Below are positions 52,801 to 64,000 of a stretch of 64,000 nucleotides of DNA, piece by piece. Made by a program: the position numbers and the translations under genes. Position 1 is the first letter of the stretch; each line of letters opens with the position of its first letter. Source of the DNA: Bugula neritina (taxonomy: Eukaryota > Animalia > Bryozoa); NCBI GenBank assembly GCA_964035545.1, contig OZ037765.1, forward strand, positions 13,836,698 through 13,900,697. Reading direction: 5' to 3'. The notes beneath the pieces were generated by a model. It was not told the origin of the DNA. It did not search any database and worked only from the letters and a program-made list of their open reading frames with translations.

Positions 52801-55800
52801 TTGGCTTGCAAGTTTATGGCTTCTGCTTATTTCATTCATAAAAAGGTTTGCAGTCTTTTAATGATGTGCTTGAAAATTATCAAGAATTTTTTTAATTTAA
52901 ATTGTTCTGTTTAATTCAATAAATTTAAACGTTGATGAAATGCAAGATCACAATTAACTGCTGCCATAATAGTACCACAAGAGTGTTTAGCCAACTAAAT
53001 TTTTATAATAAAACTGGGTATAATTTCTAATCAAGCTACCGTTTCCTTTTGTTATTTAAAAAAAGTCAACATTGTACTTTCAGCTCTGGAATAGACAATA
53101 AGTGGGTAGATTGGCAGGATGGATGTCAAGTAGCAGCATCTATAATTGCTAGAAAATCAGCTGATGATAGTGATAAAGCTTTTGCCACATGTATACATGT
53201 TATGAAGACCTAGGAAGTAGAAAGATGATAAGTGCCTTCTTTGCAACAACCGTAGAAGCTACCTAATTTTCTTTTCTTGATAAGAGTTAATTCAAGCATA
53301 ATGGTTGTATCCAGGCTGGATTTATAAACTGCATTTAATTGGTTTTTTAAAATAATGTATTTGATGTTTTAAATGTGACTATTATTGCCTAATAAAACTC
53401 AAAAGTTCAAATAGCTGATTTTATGTTTATATTTTCAAAATCTCAGCCAAATCAATTGCTTAATTTAGTTGCCGTTAGAGATTATAAAGATATTTATGAA
53501 TGAACCTCTGTCACAAAACTGTTGGTAGCAGTGTGACGAGTTCGAAAAGTCTGGTAGTCAGAAGTGTATAGACAAGTAGTATACAGCTTGCTAATCCAGT
53601 TGTGAATAAATAGAGTTGTGGATATAAGTATACTTTATTTCTCTAGTAAGATATGCACAGATGAATGTATTAAAATGAACTCCAAGAATGAACTTATAAA
53701 AAGGAACTGATTCGTAAACACAACTGCCTCAGTATTTATAGTAAACAAAACACTCTAGAACATTCTCAAGCATTCCAGTATAGAAGATTCTAGTACAAAA
53801 CATTCCCCACATACCAATACTATTTATAGAAAATCAAAACAAAACATTGGAATTTCCATGGTTATTTCGCAATTATTGCGCAATACCTTGTTTACATTGC
53901 TGGACAGTAGTTAACATGACTAATGAAAATAACAATGAACAATGACCCATCTCTTTGATCAATCTAGAATATTTATGAACATTCGTGTATAATCATTAGG
54001 AAAAACCCGGTAAGTCTATAGGTATATGTATACTCAGAATTTGTGACAACCCCCCATTCTAAGAGAAATTATCTTGATCATTTCTCCTAACTACTTAAAA
54101 TTCTGAGTCAATTCGGCTTAGATAATCGGCTCCAACATTGTCCTTTCCTTTGATTGACTCCACCTTGATTCTGAAGTTCTGTAAATACATAGCCCATCTC
54201 ATCATTCTGCTGTTTCTTACTGTACAGGTCCAACAAATCATCTTGGCTTTCTTCTCTTTCCTTATCGTGATCACTAATTCCAGCACCAGCAGCATCTAGA
54301 GTCATCACAGCTCCAACAGTCATAGAGTCGGTAGGTGTCTCCCGTTCAAAATATTTCTTCAGCATGTTGGCATGGTATGTTCTCCTCTTGCCTCTAATGT
54401 TGATAATGTAGTCATTCAGTCTGACTTTCTCCTCAATATTGAATGGTCCTTGCCAATGCATCAGCAATTTATTTCCATCCGTAGGTAGAAGAATGAGCAC
54501 TTTGTCACCAGGTTTGAAGTCTCTCTGTTTAGCTTTCTTGTCAAAATAGTGTTTGTATCTTTTTTGACTGTCTTTTAGCGAAGCTAGTGCCATTTCCATC
54601 ATGTCATCTAAACGCTCTCTCAATTCAAAAACATGTTGATAGCAGGTCTTGACTTCATCGGCAGTGTCTTCTTTTGTCCAAAGTTGTCGCAGGATGTACA
54701 TTGGTCCACGCACAGTTCTTCCATAGAGTAACTCGAATGGGGCGGAGCCTGTTGATTCCTGTGGGACTTCTCTATATGCAAATAGAGCCGCATTGATGAA
54801 CCGATGCCACTGTCTTGGCTCTTTAGCACACAACTTTTTTAACATACTCTTGAGGGTTCCGTTGAACTTTTCCACAAGTCCATTGGCCATTGCATGGTAT
54901 GGTGAAGTAGGAAGTTGTCGCATGTCAAGTAATCTGGTAAACTCTTTCATGTAGTCCGAGATGAATTGAGTTCCTTGGTCGCTTATCACCTCCTCTGGTA
55001 TCCCAACACGACTGTACATGTCAAGCAGCGCTTCAGCTACAGTAGCTGAGTCAATGTTCTTCAATGGTGTAGCTTCAGGGTATCTTGTAGCATAGTCAAC
55101 TAAAGTTAGGATGTAGCGGTGTCCTTTCTCACTTGGAGGGTTAATTGGTCCGATTAGGTCTATTGCACATCTCTTGAATGGGGTGTCAATTAGTGGAGTT
55201 TCCTGTACTGGAACTTTCATGACTGAGCCTTTTTTCACCGTCTTCTGGCAAATGTCACATGATTGACAGAAACGTACGACATCTCCGTTTAGTCCTGGCC
55301 AGAAGAAGTTGGAAAGCACTCTATCAGTGGTTTTCTTTACTCCTAGGTGTCCGCTCATTATGCAGTCATGAGCTTTTTGTAGAACTTCCTTCCTCAGTGA
55401 ACTGGGTACCATGAGTTGTTTAACAGGTTTTACACTGGCAGACTTCGAGTCGGTGTACTCACGGTACAGAATCTTATTCCTCACCACAAACCTAGTGGTG
55501 CATCCCTTTTTCTCCTTCACTTCTTTTGCATCGAAGAAACGCTCCAATGTGGGGTCATCCCTCTGCAGTCTGGCTATTTCATCTTTCCCTATACTTAATG
55601 GGTTAGTATTTGAATCAATCTTCAGTGGTTTGTCTCCTGACTTTTCCTTGACAGCTTGAGCTCCTGTGGTTACGGCGCAGTCCTTCCAGTTTTCCAGCGG
55701 CTGATCAGCTGATCTCGCTCCATCCACATTCCCAATAAGCAGGTCACAAATCGTCTTGTCCATTACTGCAGCTTTGATGACACCATTGTAAAATGGTGAG

Positions 55801-58800
55801 CGCACTGAGATAAGTGCCCACTGAGCCTCCCTAACACTTGCATCAGCCATATTCAAATAGACTGATTCTCCAGTTAAGTGTTGAGGTTGCACATACTTTG
55901 CATTGACTACAATGCAACCACAGCCGGTGTCGCGCATTACAGTAGCTCGTTGGCCATTAACCTCCGCATCAAATATCGCTGTGCCCCCATCTTTGAATTT
56001 AGGTCCATTCTTGCAGACAGCAGCGTTGATAAACTTTTTACCATTAACTGTGATTTCCGTAGGTTCCTCCACTTTAGATGAGATTCCTGGATCTGTGACC
56101 ACAGTCTTATTCTGAGTAGTCGCTATTGCAGCAGCAGCATGCACTGACTTCCCACCATACTTTCTGCAGTCTGAAGTATTGTGGTTGTTCATCTTGCAAT
56201 GTGAACAGTGCTTCTTCCCTTGCCGTGGGCAGTTACGAGCAATGTGCGACTTATCTTTGCAGATGAAGCATGCACCATCGCTTTTACTTCCTTGTTCAGC
56301 ATCCATGCTATCGGCAGGCGCGTTTTCCATCCTTTTTGTATTGGTTTTCTTTGTCTTTGCTAGTTTCCTTCCACGAGCGTGCAAGAACAGTGACGCTGCA
56401 TCACACATATCCTCACTGCTGTTGTAGGAACTTTGCTTTAAATGCACAGCTAGGTCGTCTGGGCATGATGATATAAATTGTTCAGTCGCCACTAGTTTGG
56501 CTATGTCCATGCCCCCTGAAAGTTCTACCCACTTGTGCACATAAGTTTCTATCCTAGTGAATAGTTGGGCAGGAGTTTCATCTTCGTAAGCTTCTGCCTC
56601 TCTGAGCTTTTTTCTGTAGCCCTCTTGAGTCAAGTTAAAGCGCTCCAACAAGGCTTCTTTGACTTTTTTATAATCTCTACGGTCGGTAGGTGATAACCGG
56701 ATGTAAGCTTCTGTTGCTGTACCCCTTAGGTACTGACTGAGATGGTAGGGCCAATCTCCCTTGTCCCAGTTACATCCTTCGGCAACCCACTCGAACCGCT
56801 CTAAATAGCTATCCATTTCGTCCACCTTCTCATCAAAGAATGGTATTTTTGGTTTTGGTTTGTTAGCTATTTCTAACCTGGTGCTCTCATGTCTTGAGTG
56901 CTCCAAACTTGTGTCAGCTTTCAGCTTTTCCATATCTAATTCATGTCGTTGTCTTCTCTCTTCTGCCTCCTGGTCAGCTTTAACCTTGAGTGCCATTGCC
57001 TCCTGATCAGCTTTAACCTTGAATGCCATTGCCTCCTGATCAGCTTTTATCTTCATCTCCATTAAGGCTTTCTCATTCTCTTGCCTGATCTTTTCTGCCT
57101 CACGCTCTAATCTACGTTCCTCTCGGTCCTTTTCTTTTTCTTCTTGTGCAGCAACAATGGGTAGGTTCTTTTCAACAAAAGCTATAAGCTTGTCCTCCAC
57201 CAACCCAAGGTCTTTACCCATCTGTGTCACTCTCTCCAACAACGCCATAATGTCTCAACAACTGTTAATTAATCCTGTGTATACTCACGTTGTAACTAAT
57301 AACTTCCCTGTGTGCGACTGAGACTTCCCGGAGCAGCCCCCAATTGTCACAAAACTGTTGGTAGCAGTGTGACGAGTTCGAAAAGTCTGGTAGTCAGAAG
57401 TGTATAGACAAGTAGTATACAGCTTGCTAATCCAGTTGTGAATAAATAGAGTTGTGGATATAAGTATACTTTATTTCTCTAGTAAGATATGCACAGATGA
57501 ATGTATTAAAATGAACTCCAAGAATGAACTTATAAAAAGGAACTGATTCGTAAACACAACTGCCTCAGTATTTATAGTAAACAAAACACTCTAGAACATT
57601 CTCAAGCATTCCAGTATAGAAGATTCTAGTACAAAACATTCCCCACATACCAATACTATTTATAGAAAATCAAAACAAAACATTGGAATTTCCATGGTTA
57701 TTTCGCAATTATTGCGCAATACCTTGTTTACATTGCTGGACAGTAGTTAACATGACTAATGAAAATAACAATGAACAATGACCCATCTCTTTGATCAATC
57801 TAGAATATTTATGAACATTCGTGTATAATCATTAGGAAAAACCCGGTAAGTCTATAGGTATATGTATACTCAGAATTTGTGACAACCTCGCATGATCTCA
57901 TAATAGTCAAATAATTTTCTCATAAGTGTTCTATTCATTAAGCAATAATTATGAAACAGCACAGCTCAATAGCTGCAGTTTGATATATTACACGATATAT
58001 TAGAGGAAAGGGAGATATTCAATGTATAAGAGGAAGCAGCTGCCATTTTGTTTTATATTACTTCCTGCTGACTTGGATGGCTAAGTTAAATATCTCAACA
58101 CACAAACTTGCTGAAACATCCTCTTCTTTGCTGGAATTGTTAAACTTTTCAACCATTAAACAAAGTAAAAAGCGAATTGACAAATAAATTAGACAAAAAG
58201 TTTGGCGGCCATATTTGAGCTAATTTTATGTTGAGGCAGCATGAAATTTAGTTTAACAGAAAGCCCAAACTTTCACAATTATTTTGATACCAAATTTGTC
58301 ACTATTTCTTTTATACATAGACCCGTTGCTAAGGCTTGTAAATTGTAAACAAATAATTCTCAACTTATTCTAGAGTTGCCAACTTTAAACGCGATTTTCT
58401 CGAAACAGTAATTTAGAAATTCTAAAAACGTTAAAGTTTTTAAATACTGATATCTCGAGTTCTATTTATGCTAGAGACTTCAAACAAAGTGCAAAATGTT
58501 CGAGAAAGTCTGCTCTATCACTCGATAGTAATAACTAGGTTTTCAACATTTTATATACATCCCTTGTTTTGTGGTGCCAGGTCACATATATTGGATGGTA
58601 GACATGAATGTCTGTGAGTTTTAGCTAGCCAATGATTGAAGAATGACTGCTACAGTTGTTGCGACTAGCAAATGCCATCACGTATGGACCAGTTCATAAC
58701 AAATAGCAAATTAAAAATTCTAGGTTATTTGTATTGAAAAGACAAGACAATATGATCAAAATACCTGAAAATTCTAAATAGTTGATCAATTTCAGAATCT

Positions 58801-60277
58801 CCATGAAACAAAGGGCGTTTCGTACACATCTCAGCAAATATGGTGGCAATGCTCCAGATATCTAAAGCAGCTGCATATCTTGTGGAGCCTAGCAGAACCT
58901 CTGGTGCTCTGTACCATAAAGTGACAACCTACAACAGTAAAACACATTCTTAAGGAGATTAACACGAACGTATTGACTTTGATGCATTTCATTTGCTTCC
59001 CGAAAACAGAATTGATTTGAAATTAGCATAAAACTTTTGTTATACAAAATGAGTTTATTCAAAGAGCGGCTGAAAGAACACTGAACTCCTGTCACACAGC
59101 ATGCATGACACCAACCTCATGGGTGTACACTCTCACAGGTACACCAACGGCACGAGCCAGGCCAAAGTCAGCTAATTTTATGGTTCCATTTCTGTCAATA
59201 AGTAGATTCTGTGGTTTCAAGTCTCGATGTAAAACTCTTCTTTGGTGGCAAAACAAAGTTCCAAGAAGAAGCTGGTACATATAGCTCTACAGCCAAGAGG
59301 TTTAGCAGTTACAATATAATGTATATAATGTATATGCCTTTAAAAATATTAAATATCTGTACTTCCAGATGTACACAAAAAGATGTGATTCATACAGTAT
59401 AGATATAGAACTAACCTTCACAAGAGCAGCATCCATGAATTGTCCTTTGGGTATTGTATCCAAATAGTTTTTCAAGTCCATGGATAAAAACTCAAATACC
59501 AAGTAAAGCTTGTTCTCTTGCATAAGAACGTCATCTAGCCTGTAGCAAGACAGAGCTGTACAGAATTATAGTCACAAGGGTACTCAGCACTAGCTTTCCA
59601 TGCACCGAAGCTTTGACACACAGAGAAAGGTTATTGAAAATAATATACCATCCATTTGCTACGCAGTAAGCAAAGTAACACCTACTTTAGTTTGAGGCTT
59701 TTGCTACTTTATTAGTTATCTAAATAAACCAAAACATAAACTGATAAAAAAGAGCTGCAATAAAATTGGCAAGCTACTGCACAGCAATTACTAATGCATG
59801 GAATTACTGTGTCCTGATATTGACTTTGATGAACTTTACTGCCACAAGCAGCTTTGATCCTTTGAACGTCAGCGAATATGCATCTAGTATAATTAACTTG
59901 GCGCATGTTAGATGCTCATATTGCACTTCTCCAAGTATGTTTTCAAGAAGCAGAATATAACTCACGAGACAACATTAGGGTGCTTTAACTCCTTGAGTAG
60001 TGAAATCTCTCTTACGGCAGTGGATGGAACCCCTTCTTCCTCACTCTCCAGACGAATCTTCTTCAATGCTACTATTTTACCCGTCTTTTTGTTTTTCCCT
60101 TTATATACAACGCCATAAGTGCCTGCAAAATTAATATGTGGATTTGTCACTCATTGTGAGCACACAGACACACACAAATAGGTATAAGGTATCTTTATTT
60201 GCAGAAAAAGATTTTTTTTTAAATTAGTCTTCTTACATACCTTCACCAATTTTTTCAATTTTCATATAGTCTTCCAT
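49804..60277 (-). CDS. CDK1: Cyclin-dependent kinase 1 (300 aa); exons 60241-60277, 59966-60122, 59416-59539, 59116-59286, 58765-58928, 50023-50167, 49804-49908
   Basis: [109 protein letters not shown]; exon lengths sum to 903 nt. Confidence 0.93.
51610..52420. repeat. ANT-periodic low-complexity tract inside the TIR element
   Basis: actattactattagtattactgtattagtatttgagtctgactctgagt, ttactgattactattactattagtattaatatt. Confidence 0.65.
53509..54048 (-). repeat. 3' LTR (540 bp)
   Basis: tgtcacaaaactg...gaatttgtgaca, direct repeat of 57345-57884; adjacent polypurine tract agaatggggggt on minus strand at 54049-54060. Confidence 0.97.
54108..57248 (-). CDS. Gag(SCAN-like capsid, 2 zinc knuckles)-protease-integrase polyprotein, 1046 aa, ending in a frameshifted tail
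   Basis: [14 protein letters not shown] and [14 protein letters not shown]; protease MRDTGC; integrase [46 protein letters not shown]; no YxDD RT motif; RNase H tail [23 protein letters not shown] lies in another frame (54095-54215). Confidence 0.95.
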   Translation of the reverse strand: MALLERVTQMGKDLGLVEDKLIAFVEKNLPIVAAQEEKEKDREERRLEREAEKIRQENEKALMEMKIKADQEAMAFKVKADQEAMALKVKADQEAEERRQRHELDMEKLKADTSLEHSRHESTRLEIANKPKPKIPFFDEKVDEMDSYLERFEWVAEGCNWDKGDWPYHLSQYLRGTATEAYIRLSPTDRRDYKKVKEALLERFNLTQEGYRKKLREAEAYEDETPAQLFTRIETYVHKWVELSGGMDIAKLVATEQFISSCPDDLAVHLKQSSYNSSEDMCDAASLFLHARGRKLAKTKKTNTKRMENAPADSMDAEQGSKSDGACFICKDKSHIARNCPRQGKKHCSHCKMNNHNTSDCRKYGGKSVHAAAAIATTQNKTVVTDPGISSKVEEPTEITVNGKKFINAAVCKNGPKFKDGGTAIFDAEVNGQRATVMRDTGCGCIVVNAKYVQPQHLTGESVYLNMADASVREAQWALISVRSPFYNGVIKAAVMDKTICDLLIGNVDGARSADQPLENWKDCAVTTGAQAVKEKSGDKPLKIDSNTNPLSIGKDEIARLQRDDPTLERFFDAKEVKEKKGCTTRFVVRNKILYREYTDSKSASVKPVKQLMVPSSLRKEVLQKAHDCIMSGHLGVKKTTDRVLSNFFWPGLNGDVVRFCQSCDICQKTVKKGSVMKVPVQETPLIDTPFKRCAIDLIGPINPPSEKGHRYILTLVDYATRYPEATPLKNIDSATVAEALLDMYSRVGIPEEVISDQGTQFISDYMKEFTRLLDMRQLPTSPYHAMANGLVEKFNGTLKSMLKKLCAKEPRQWHRFINAALFAYREVPQESTGSAPFELLYGRTVRGPMYILRQLWTKEDTADEVKTCYQHVFELRERLDDMMEMALASLKDSQKRYKHYFDKKAKQRDFKPGDKVLILLPTDGNKLLMHWQGPFNIEEKVRLNDYIINIRGKRRTYHANMLKKYFERETPTDSMTVGAVMTLDAAGAGISDHDKEREESQDDLLDLYSKKQQNDEMGYVFTELQNQGGVNQRKGQCWSRLSKPN
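57325..57342 (-). promoter_or_regulatory. Primer-binding site, tRNA-Pro type
   Basis: Minus strand tgggggctgctccgggaa, 2 nt inside the 5' LTR; close to the tRNA-Pro PBS tgggggctcgtccgggat. Confidence 0.8.
57345..57884 (-). repeat. 5' LTR (540 bp)
   Basis: Direct repeat of 53509-54048; TATA-like tataaata and aataaa on the minus strand in U3-R order. Confidence 0.97.
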
Positions 60278-62074
60278 TATTTATTGACCTAAAAGATAAA
60301 AAAACCATTAAATTCAGTTAAAAAGTTGGCTAACTGTAGACATATTTATATCAATCACCAGAATTTACAAAAAATCATTGACAAAATTTCAAAATGAGAA
60401 CTAAAATATGAAATGTTTACTAAAACATTAAGATGAGAACTAAAAGCATTGCTGCAGCTGGGTTTGAAATATGTTGGCCATATTTATAATTTTAGAGTTT
60501 GCTAGTTGTGGTGAACAATTATTAGCAATATTATAGTATTTTGTTGTTAAACCAGATTTATACTTTTTCCAGCTTTTTCTAGAGAAACAAAATGCAGTGA
60601 AGTAATAAAATTTTTTATATTTTATGCAATATGTGGAACCCTTTCTTGCATGCCCTAGAGCAGCCAGCTATAAGAATCTTTACACAAATCTGAAAAGCCT
60701 GATTGACTGCAGCTTACAGCTACTTTAAACTGACATAACACACTCAATTATTCTTAGCAGTTTGACAAACAACTAAACATAGCAAATTATTTTTATCTAA
60801 TTATATGCTCTATATAATATAATAGAGTATTCTAATATTATGTTTTGGCATAATAGACACACAGTTATAAAATTTTACATATATCAACAATGACTTAAAA
60901 TGTATTCTATCGCTCGTTTCAGTTTTCCTAAGATAATTTGGACTTTTTTTACAAAATACCGTATTTTAGTGATGTAAAAAAGACAAACAATTAGAAAGTG
61001 TTTTTTGACAATTATTTTTTTAGAGGAAATAAATAAAATAGAAACGAACCTCTGCAAAACTAATTTGTTTCTACTAAAAACTTCTAGTTCAAACTGAGCA
61101 CACATTAAATTCTTTTAATTATCCAATAAAATATGATTAAATCTGAAATATCATTTTGTTGATATAGTTGTGGAATATATCCCATGCTGCAATGACTGCT
61201 AAATATAAATGTTTGATAAAGCACTTTAATCTTTCACTATAATTATATTATTTGAACAAAAACATTAAAGCATTATTAAGGAGTAAGTTAGTGGTACAAA
61301 TTTGATCATATAACATGAAAACCAATTATAGACAATATCATTAGTCATATTTTTATTGTTTAACATTATAATAGTCCCTGAATCATTGTGATGATGATTA
61401 TTATAACCAAGCATTTTAATTAAAGTCTATTTAGTAAGAGTCTCCCTAAAATGAATATTACATAAAAATCAAAATAATTATTACAAAGTAAAAGTATTGG
61501 TAAATACTTTTTCAAAAGCAAATATTTAGTATGGACATGATCAATGACCAACATAATTAAACTAATACTTAATATTTAAAAAAACAATTCTATACTGTGT
61601 TACCACCGTCTATAAACTTGATGGAATAATTGAAATTAAATAGCAAATGCTATGAATTTATGGTCATTATTTTTATATTAAATGCAGTTTATACATTAAT
61701 ATTATTAAAGATTTGGCTATTGCTTATTCAGTTATTGCTTATTTGATGATTTAGTAATCTTAACCGGATACTCATATCAACAATGACTAAGAAAATTAAT
61801 ATAAAATTTATAATAAACAACCTAATTTTACTTTTATTCATAATGATGTACTGAGCGAATAATTATGAACATAATTGAATAAATAGAAAATGTAGCCTCA
61901 TAGCTACATCCAGTATGAGTAGAGCCTTATTCAGTTGACTAAGTGTAAGCATAATCACACTGGATATTCAGGTTGAGGATAATCTTTATACAGCCCATCA
62001 TTGTAGGGCCTAGACCATAGGGTAATCACTATTAACATGATTAGGACAGTAATACTTATAGTTACACTGATACA

Positions 62075-63435
62075 AGTACAAGATTATACCGCAAGACTAG
62101 AAAGATGCAAGCATTGTCCAATTATTTAAGAAAGAGTGTAGGAATTATTGGGGTATATCCCTTCTATCTATCGTAGGCAAGATTCTCTTTTGCATACTAC
62201 TAAACCGGCAAAATGCAAATATTACACTACAGGCGTCTCAGTGTGATTTAAGAGTTGAGGTAAAATAGACATGGCTTTCTGCTTAAAGCAAGTGCAAAAA
62301 ATTGCATAGAACAAAACATGTTACTCTAAATAATATTTACTTCAGCAAGGCATTTGAAACGGTGTCTAGAGCAGGCCGTTAGCAGGTCCTTAAAAAGTTT
62401 GGCTGTGCAGACAAGTCCACCAGCATGATTGAAGAGCTTCATACAGGCATGCAAGCAAATGTAGCAAGCAAGGATGTGTCCCGAATCAACATTTTTTTCA
62501 CTATACCTGTCAGCCATGCATGAAGTTGCCTTTAAAGACAGCCCAAAAGGCGTATATATAAAAACTAGAAAAGAAGTGGACCTGTCGGATGTAACTCATT
62601 TCAAGTTTAAAACCAAAACCACTGCTGACTTAGGCAGATATTTTCTAATGACAGTGCACTAGTGGCTTGTCATTTTAATGACATATAGACTCTAGTCAAC
62701 AGATTTGCTACCGCTGCAAAATAATTCAGTCCTGAACCAACATCAAGAAAACAAAATGCCCCAACCAACCTCGAAAGCTTCAAAGTGAAACATATCAGGC
62801 AAACATGACAACCATCAATGGAGAACCTTTAAAAAAGCGCAAAACTTTCAGGTACTTTGGAAGCGCAGTAGCTGACAATGTTAGACCAAATAATAAAATT
62901 CCTCTGAGAATAGGAGACACTAGTACAGTGTATTGAATATTGAGGACCAGACTTTGAACTAATTGTCATGTTTCAATCAAAATAAAGTGTCAGGTGCTTC
63001 ATTCTACAGTGCTCGCTCGCTGCCTTAATACATGGTGCTGAAACCTGGAACATATACAGTGTGCAAGTTGACAGATTGCAAGCATATTCCATGAGACATA
63101 CGCTCAATCATGGGTATCTCTTGGAGGGACAAGTTTACTAACCAGGAAGTGCTAAAGAAAGCTAGTTTGCCATCTGCAACATCTATCCTCATGCAAATAA
63201 ACTTGGGATGGGTAGGACATCTCGAGAGGATGGACCACATTATTCTCAACTGAAAGGTAGGCAAAACCAAGGAAAGCCCAGACGAAGATTTAAAGACACT
63301 ACGAAGCAAAATATGAAGATAAATATGGACAGGGATGATTAGCAAACGGAGGCTAAATATAGACAAGTGGAGATGTCTGATGAAACCGAATTGAAAACAG
63401 TCATTGGCGCACCAAGACTGCTATGATGATGACGA
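62075..63435 (+). mobile_element. Decayed RTE/BovB-like LINE fragment
   Basis: IPQD*KDASIVQLFKK..RNYWGISLLSIVGKIL; STFFSLYLSAMHEVAFKDSPKGVYIKTR; FRYFGS; HGAETW; IMGISWRDKFTNQEVLKKA; (gat)n-like tail at ~63423; many disablements. Confidence 0.88.
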
Positions 63436-64000
63436 TAACTGATGAGTGATAGGATGATACTGGTGGACTGCAGCAATTACAATGATACTTGATAGCCATT
63501 ACTTATTACTGATAGTAATAGTATTAGCAACAATAAGTAACATGATTGAATTATTATTATGATAATCACTGACATTGAGTTTGACTATTAATTAACTTTA
63601 ACTATAAGACATAAGCAAATTAAAAGGTCAAGGTCAAGGCAAGCCTAGAAATAGAGACTGAGACCCATGCTGAGACTGAGTACAACTACAATTATGAAAT
63701 CAACATATAACTATAAGTGACATCCTTGAGCCCCAGCTGGCTTAGTTAATACTATACGTCACCATCCAGTTCGTTAGTTTGGCTGTAAACATAGTGCAAG
63801 ACCAACTCTAACTTTACGACTAAGAGTAACATCAACAGTAACTCTAACTCTGAGTAAAACTAAATGTAACGCTAACTGTAGGTGTAGTGTGGTAATCATT
63901 ATAATAATGGTAATGGTATTAGTTTATATTAAATATCACAATGACAATTATATTCACAATGATTAGATAGCCATAGTGACAACAACAACGTCAATGATCA
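63436..64000. repeat. ANT-periodic low-complexity tract upstream of the CDK1 coding exons, running off the right edge
   Basis: attactgatagtaatagtattagc, aacagtaactctaactctgagtaaaact, ataataatggtaatggtattagt. Confidence 0.7.

Larger units (their letters stand above)
53509..57884 (-). mobile_element. Gmr1-type Ty3/Gypsy LTR retrotransposon, 4376 bp, RT/RNase H deleted, very recent insertion
   Basis: Two 540-bp TG...CA LTRs identical by eye; 5-bp TSD acctc (53504-53508, 57885-57889); PBS and PPT present; integrase directly follows protease. Confidence 0.96.
51149..58586. mobile_element. TIR DNA transposon (~3.06 kb without the nested LTR element), TG...CA ends, TA flanks; superfamily unresolved
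   Basis: Left tgtgaccagtcgccgacaaaaccggggatgt (51149-51179) vs reverse complement of right end tgtgacctggcaccacaaaacaagggatgt (58557-58586): 25 of 31 positions match; TA on both sides; CpG-rich subtermini. Confidence 0.65.

Noticed and set aside
54095-54295. Programmed frameshift or separate small gene at the end of the LTR ORF
   Set aside because: It is the RNase H C-terminal tail left out of frame by an internal deletion; RT is missing altogether
54620-56476. Short overlapping and antisense ORFs within the retrotransposon
   Set aside because: Shadow ORFs of the long coding frame with no recognisable domains
1-64000. CRISPR array, prokaryotic operon or horizontally acquired bacterial segment
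   Set aside because: All genes have spliceosomal GT-AG introns; no regularly spaced repeat-spacer array; the only long intronless ORF is retrotransposon-derived

Overview
AT-rich, intron-rich animal (invertebrate-like) genomic DNA with five spliced protein-coding genes: the 5' part of CPSF3 (-, runs off the left edge), TXNDC15 (+, head-to-head with CPSF3), a compact ~900-aa HELZ-like SF1 helicase (+), RPTOR (+, ~27 coding exons) and a divergent CDK1 (-, PSTAVRE, tail-to-tail with RPTOR). Mobile DNA includes three decayed LINE fragments, several MITEs (TA-, TTAA- and 8-bp-TSD types), tRNA-derived repeats and a nested insertion in CDK1 intron 5: a ~3-kb TIR element containing a very young Gmr1-type Gypsy LTR retrotransposon whose single ORF keeps Gag-protease-integrase but lacks RT/RNase H. 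The most unusual unexplained signal is a family of strand-symmetric, 3/6-nt-periodic 'A-N-T' low-complexity tracts. They sit beside every inferred CpG-rich promoter in the window, including one inside the TIR element. Exon boundaries and family assignments were made by eye from GT-AG sites and remembered protein motifs; no searches were run.
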